From Octopus bimaculoides (lineage: Eukaryota): 55,138 bases of DNA. The first letter of the stretch is position 1. Each line of letters starts with the position of its first letter. A program made the translations under genes and the position numbers. Location: positions 109,016,240-109,071,377 of the forward strand of contig NC_068986.1 in NCBI RefSeq assembly GCF_001194135.2. Direction: 5' to 3'. Positions 49,725 to 55,138 of this stretch are shown here, piece by piece. Under the pieces are notes generated by a model. The model ran no database searches. It was given only the letters and a program-made list of their open reading frames with translations, and had not been told where the DNA came from.

Positions 49725-49943
49725 AGTTCAAATTTACAGAAAACAAAAGACCATGACAGGCGAAAAAACAACAAGCAGGTGTATTAGGTTATATACACGC
49801 GCGCACACACATGTAGTATACAAATAGTTGTGCGTATAGATATGTAAATGTATGTGTTGTACATATACACGCGCGTGTATACATATCACTGCTATCATGA
49901 CAAAACGAAATAAGTTTCACCATTCCATAGCAAAACCGTTGTA

Positions 49944-50020
49944 CTACACTTTAACAATTTTTGATATCTTGGCATCTGAAGCTGCTAGAAATACGATAGT
50001 TTGACCGAAAGAAGCGGCTA
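49944..50020 (-). CDS. Candidate exon, beta-propeller/Sema-blade-like peptide
   Basis: Strong acceptor TATTTATTTTTTCTTACAG|; phase-1 frame (V)AASFGQTIVFLAASDAKISKIVKV*; donor weak. Confidence 0.2.
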
Positions 50021-51257
50021 CTGTAAGAAAAAATAAATACTGAAAAACAAAAACGCATTTGGCCAAATTTGGACATACGATAGTTTAACTGTACATATAT
50101 ACATAGATGGACATATTTATATTAGCATTCAATTGTGCACATTCTATTTAATATTTATCTAAATATATATAACGCGTGCATTAGTGTGTGAGAAACTATG
50201 ACAATACGACAGCCATGGCTATAAACTGGTGATAAACAGAAGATGAATAATTAAATAATTACAAAGTTGTTTTGTAAACTGGAAGAACCATTCTGTGAGT
50301 ATAGTTGCAGTACACACAGTGAACCAGGATATACAGATGGTATTGATTGACTGAGTAATTTGGTCCCTTATCTGTGTTTATATTCTTTACTCTTTGTTGG
50401 GAAAAGCTGAAATACGCCATACAAATGGTTACAGAATGGTATTCAATGAAACCAATTCCTGAACATTTTGATATTAAAGTGAACGAAATCTTGGCAAGGA
50501 ATATCTAATGATTAAAGTTAAACTGCTGAGACAAGAGGTGATTAAGGCAACTCAATCAAATTTTGATTTTTAATGTCTTGGTTTTTCACTTAGAATCTGA
50601 AATGGAATTATTATTCGATTTGATTATACTCTTTTCTACTCTAGGCACAAGGCCTGAAATTTGGTACGTAATTTATCAACCCCGAAAGGATGAAAGGCAA
50701 AGTCGACCTTGGTGGAATTTGAATGACCTGATTATATTAAAAAAAAAAACGACTCAGAAAATTCCATGAACTTGGGTAATGATGATGATGAGTTCAAGGT
50801 GTTTCATGGTTATTTTTCTTTAAGCATTCATGGACCAGTGATACTAGGTAGGAATAGGATATTCATGCAGAAAGATGCCTCAGGAATGTGAATATAACGA
50901 AATATGAAGGCCTAATAATGAAATCGTGCGAAAATATTCACTAAATAAACAATATCTATCTATGGCCATGTCACCACATTGAAGACAGCAAGTTAACTTA
51001 AAAGAGAGTTTATATTATATTAGGTTAATATTGATTTAACAATACAAGATGTTGCCTAAGTTTGTAGCAGCTTGGTTAGCGGTGAAAGGAGGTTAACTGA
51101 TTAGTAAGCGAATTTCCAGTTAGCCTATATTGTAACAATAGGCTGATGATTACCAGCCAATTGCTAGAGAATGGCTTGTGAACATCTTAAAAGGGATTTA
51201 CTATGACGTTGTTTGGGGGTTTGCTCCGTTTAAGAAAAACCTTATTGTAATATTGGT

Positions 51258-51826
51258 TTCACATTTTGGCACAAGGCCAGCAATTTCAGGGGACTGGGGT
51301 AAGTCGATTACATCGATCCAAGCGCTAAACTGGTACTTACTTCAACGACCCAAAAGATCTTTTCTACTCTAGGCGCAAGGCCCGAAATTTTGGTGGGAGG
51401 GAACCAGTCGATTAGATCGACCCCAGTATGCAACTGGAACTTAATTTATCGACCTCAAAAGAATGAAAGGCAAAGTTGACCTCAGCGGTATTCGAACTCG
51501 GATCATAAAAACGGACGAAATGCAGCCAAGCATCCTGTCCAGCATGCTAACGAGTCTGCCATCTCGCCGCCTCAGTGCTTCGTTCATATTACAATGATGT
51601 TTACGGCAGCAATCTTGCAGAATCGCAAGCACGTCCGGCAAAATGCTTAGTGGCATTTTATCCATCTTTACGATCTGGGTTCAAATATTTTCCGAGGTTG
51701 ACTTTGCCCTTCATCCTTTCGGGGTTGATAAAATAAGTACCAGTTACATACACACTGAGATCGATGTAATTCACTTAGCACCTCTCCCGAAATTACTGGC
51801 CTTGTATCGAAATTTTAAACCAATAT
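51258..51826. mobile_element. SINE-C copies head-to-head (minus 51258-51575, plus 51602-51826)
   Basis: Heads ...CTCGCCGCCTCA and TTACGGCAGCAATCTTGCAG lie about 30 bp apart. Confidence 0.8.
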
Positions 51827-52654
51827 TTCTACATCTTCATCGATTCATCATCAAGATGGCGGTCATATTGACATTTTGCTGCTTCTCTATTATAAACAAG
51901 GCCAATGTCATTAGTGTAGATTTTACCGCCTCAATTTGAAGTTTGACAGATAGATTTTTATGTCCTTAGTCAAGCATTTTGTTTTGTATATGAGAAATGC
52001 ATGATGTTAGTTTATTTTATCTTTTAGCTAATTTTGCAGGGATTCCTGTGGTTATTCTACCTAATTTTGTTTTGTATTCAGAACAGCATAGTTGTACGTG
52101 TAAAGCGAAACCTAAGGTAGAGTGCCATGCTTGTATGACAAGTAAAACAGTTGGAATCGTGACGTTTGCAATACTATTTATCAGTTGAATAAAATCAAAG
52201 CATGATCTGGTTTTCACGCTTTTTATTATAATTTTTAAAAAACGTGAAAACCAGACCATGCTTTAATTTTATTCAACTGATATATTATTCTATACACATT
52301 TAAACACACACACACATATATATATAATATAAATAATACATATATAATATAAATAATATATATATATGTGCACATATACATACGTATATGTACATACTAA
52401 CATCTATATATATATATGCATATATAGGCACAGGGCGTCATGAAACTTGTACAACAAAAAATACGAAGTACGAGTACATGGAATATGAACTATTTTTTCG
52501 AACAACGAAAGACACAAATGGAAAACAAGACAAACAACATAAAGAACGACCCTTCATCAGTTGTTGGCTGTGTTTTCTAGTCTCGTATTTCGAGCATTTA
52601 ACAACAATATACGCTTTCGATAAAACAGTTACTCCCGCAAAGCAAATTAAATAA

Positions 52655-52691
<37 letters not shown>

Positions 52692-53003
52692 GCATGCAAA
52701 CACAACAGATCTGATATTGTTCTGTGGGAAGGGAACAAAAGCTATGCACCACAGTAGAGGTCAGCTACCCACCAATTGTGAACGAACCATCGAAGGTTCA
52801 GCAAGAAAACATTGATGGTGAATTAATGAGTTCTTCTATCATGACTATAAATTTTCATTTGTACCTAACATCATAGGCGCATTTGGCTAGGTGTCCATTA
52901 GAAGATTACAGTTTCAAGAATAGAATTTGTAAAACTTTCCAAAAGCTTAGCATTTAAGTATATGTGAGCATTTAAGTATATATGTGCAACTATATGCAAG
53001 AAA

Positions 53004-53388
53004 GTGGAGGCGCAATGGCCCAGTGGTTAGGGCAGTGGACTCGCGGTCATAGGATCGCGGTTTCGATTCCCAGACCGGGCGTTGTGAGTGTTTATTGAGC
53101 GAAAACACCTAAAGCTCCACGAGGCTCCGGCAGGGGATGGTGGCGAACCCTGCTGTACCCTTTCACCACAACTGTCTCTCACTCTTACTTCCCGTTTCTG
53201 TTGTGCATGTAATTCAAAATGCCAGCCTTGTCACACTGTGTCACGCTGAATCTCCTCGAGAACTACGTTAAGGGTACACGTGTCTGTGGAGTGCTCAGCC
53301 ACTTGCACGTTAATTTCACGAGCCAGCTGTTCCGTTGATCGGATCAACTGGAACCCTCGGCGTCGTAAGCGACGGAGTGCCAACAACA
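53004..53388 (+). mobile_element. SINE-F full length, tRNA-derived, with perfect 12-bp TSD
   Basis: A box TGGCCCAGTGG; B box GGTTTCGATTCCC; (AAC) tail; TSD ATATGCAAGAAA at 52992-53003 and 53389-53400. Confidence 0.92.
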
Positions 53389-53854
53389 ATATGCAAGAAA
53401 ATACATACCTAAGACAAAACATAAATCTGCACGTGCACTGGCTCCAAATATTGCACACATTCACTCAAACATACGCGAATACAGCGACGATGTTACGAAG
53501 ATTCCAATGAAGATGCTATGGATCTGAGTAAGAAACCGGCCTTGCTTTATTAGTANNNNNNNNNNNNNNNNNNNNNNNNNNNNNNNNNNNNNNNNNNNNN
53601 NNNNNNNNNNNNNNNNNNNNNNNNNNNNNNNNNNNNNNNNNNNNNNNNNNNNNNNNNNNNNNNNNNNNNNNNNNNNNNNNNNNNNNNNNNNNNNNNNNNN
53701 NNNNNNNNNNNNNNNNNNNNNNNNNNNNNNNNNNNNNNNNNNNNNNNNNNNNNNNNNNNNNNNNNNNNNNNNNNNNNNNNNNNNNNNNNNNNNNNNNNNN
53801 NNNNNNNNNNNNNNNNNNNNNNNNNNNNNNNNNNNNNTATATATATATATATAT

Positions 53855-54240
53855 GGGCTGTGTGGTAAGTTGCTCGTTTACCAACCACATGGTTCCGGGT
53901 CCAGTCCCGCTGCGTGGCAACTCGGGCAAGTGTCTTCTACTATAACCTCGGGCCGACCAAAGCCTTGTGAGTGGATTTGGTAGACGGAAACTGTAAGAAG
54001 CCCGTCGTATATATATGTGTGTGTGTGTATTTGTGTGTCTGTGTTTGTCCCCACACCATCACTTGACAACTAATGTTGGTATGTTTACGTCCCCGTAAAT
54101 TAGTGGTTCGGCAAAAGACAACCGATAGAATAAGTACTAGGCTTATAAAGAACAAGTCCTGAGGTCGATTTGTTAGACTAAAGGTGGTGCCCCAGCATGG
54201 CCGCAGTCAAATAATTGAAACAAATAAAAGACTAAAAGAG
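53855..54240 (+). mobile_element. SINE-AB complete
   Basis: A + spacer + B. Confidence 0.9.
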
Positions 54241-54608
54241 TTATTTAGAATACGGTGAGCTACAAGAATTGTTAGCCCGTCGGTGAAAATCTTAAGCGGC
54301 AGTTTTCCGGTTCAAATCCAGCCATTGTCAACTTAGCATTTCATCCTTTGGAGTCAAGTATTGTGTTCGATGCATTATTTCTAAATTTGAAATCAGTGAA
54401 TGTATTTCACTAGAATTATTATATGTTTACAAGAGCTTAACAGGCATCTTTGACCAGCAGGTCATGCTACTCCAGACTGATGACGAGCAAAGAGAACCGA
54501 TAGAATAAGTACTAGGCTTACAAAGAACAAGTCCTGGGGTCCATCTGTTCGACTAAAGGCGGTGCACCAGCATAGCCGTAGTCAAATGACTGGAACAAAT
54601 AAAAGAAT

Positions 54609-54791
54609 AAGTGCAAACATAAAAGGCCGGATATTGTTATTTGGGACCGACAAGAAAATGTATGTACCGTCATAGAGGTCAGCTGTCCGACTGATATGAA
54701 TATTTCTCAGAAAACGAAAGAGAAAGAAGATATCTACAGATAACTGCCCCGAAACCTCCATCCTCCATTTCCAGATTATAATTTCACATTG
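54609..54791 (+). pseudogene. Restriction-like endonuclease (PD-(D/E)xK) fragment of an R4/Dong-type non-LTR retrotransposon
   Basis: KCKHKRPDIVIWDRQENVCTVIEVSCPTDMNISQKTKEKEDIYR*LPRNL matches the RLE motif N/R-x-PDIV..D......IE/D...P......K..EK..KY. Confidence 0.8.
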
Positions 54792-54796
54792 CGAAG

Positions 54797-54978
54797 GAGT
54801 GGCTGTCTGGTAAGACGTTTGCTTCTCCATCACATGGTTCCGGGTTCAGTCCCACTGCGTGGCACCTTGGCCAAGTGTTTCTACTATAGCCTCGGGCCCA
54901 CCACACCAATGTCTTGTGAGTGGATTTGGTAGACGGAAATTGAAATAAACCCGTCGTATATATATATATATATATATG
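54797..54978 (+). mobile_element. SINE-AB A half
   Basis: GGAGTGGCTGTCTGGTAAG...GGTTCAGTCCCACTGCGTGGCACC...(TA)n. Confidence 0.9.
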
Positions 54979-55138
54979 TCATTATCTTATCATATTTACT
55001 TTGTATTATATTATACTCATTTATTGTGCTTTTACTTATTAATTTTTCTATATGTGACAGTGGATTTTCATCGATGAGTTCATGAACCTTGTTTCTTTTC
55101 CCTAAAACTATATATTTATATATATATGCATATATACA

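Larger units (their letters stand above)
1495..53837. other. 20 assembly gaps (N runs, about 6.3 kb total)
   Basis: Runs of n, mostly abutting microsatellites; exons could be hidden in them. Confidence 0.98.

Noticed and set aside
53004-53080. tRNA gene
   Set aside because: It is a tRNA-derived SINE head with no acceptor stem, followed by a SINE body and TSD.
1276-53929. Long ORF-track entries rich in X, YIYI, CVCV, HTHT, IIII or SLSL
   Set aside because: These are translations of N-gaps and microsatellites.

Overview
Gapped, AT-rich eukaryotic draft sequence: 20 N-gaps totalling about 6.3 kb, mostly at (TA)n, (TG)n or (TAA)n microsatellites. I recognise the interspersed repeats as octopus-type, so the source is probably an Octopus genome (inference from repeat recognition, no database search). 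I found no intact, identifiable protein-coding gene; nearly all ORF-track entries are microsatellite or gap artefacts. The window is dominated by at least four tRNA-head or RTE-tailed SINE-like families, decayed RTE LINE fragments, piggyBac-type and other MITEs, a solo-LTR-like insert nested in a SINE, and a restriction-like endonuclease (R4/Dong-type) fragment. Main signals: (1) a Penelope-like element remnant (GIY-YIG C-terminus) between inverted ~138-bp pseudo-LTRs, each with a type-I hammerhead ribozyme fold; (2) three further unrelated minimal hammerhead motifs with (near-)palindromic stem III, one with a non-canonical core; (3) a sharp CpG-depleted block (~4.4-37.2 kb) that may mark a methylated gene body, with a candidate first exon at its right edge; (4) several weakly supported exon or micro-exon candidates; (5) a local inverted duplication and fold-back structures. 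Coordinates of decayed repeats are approximate (about +/-10-20 bp).
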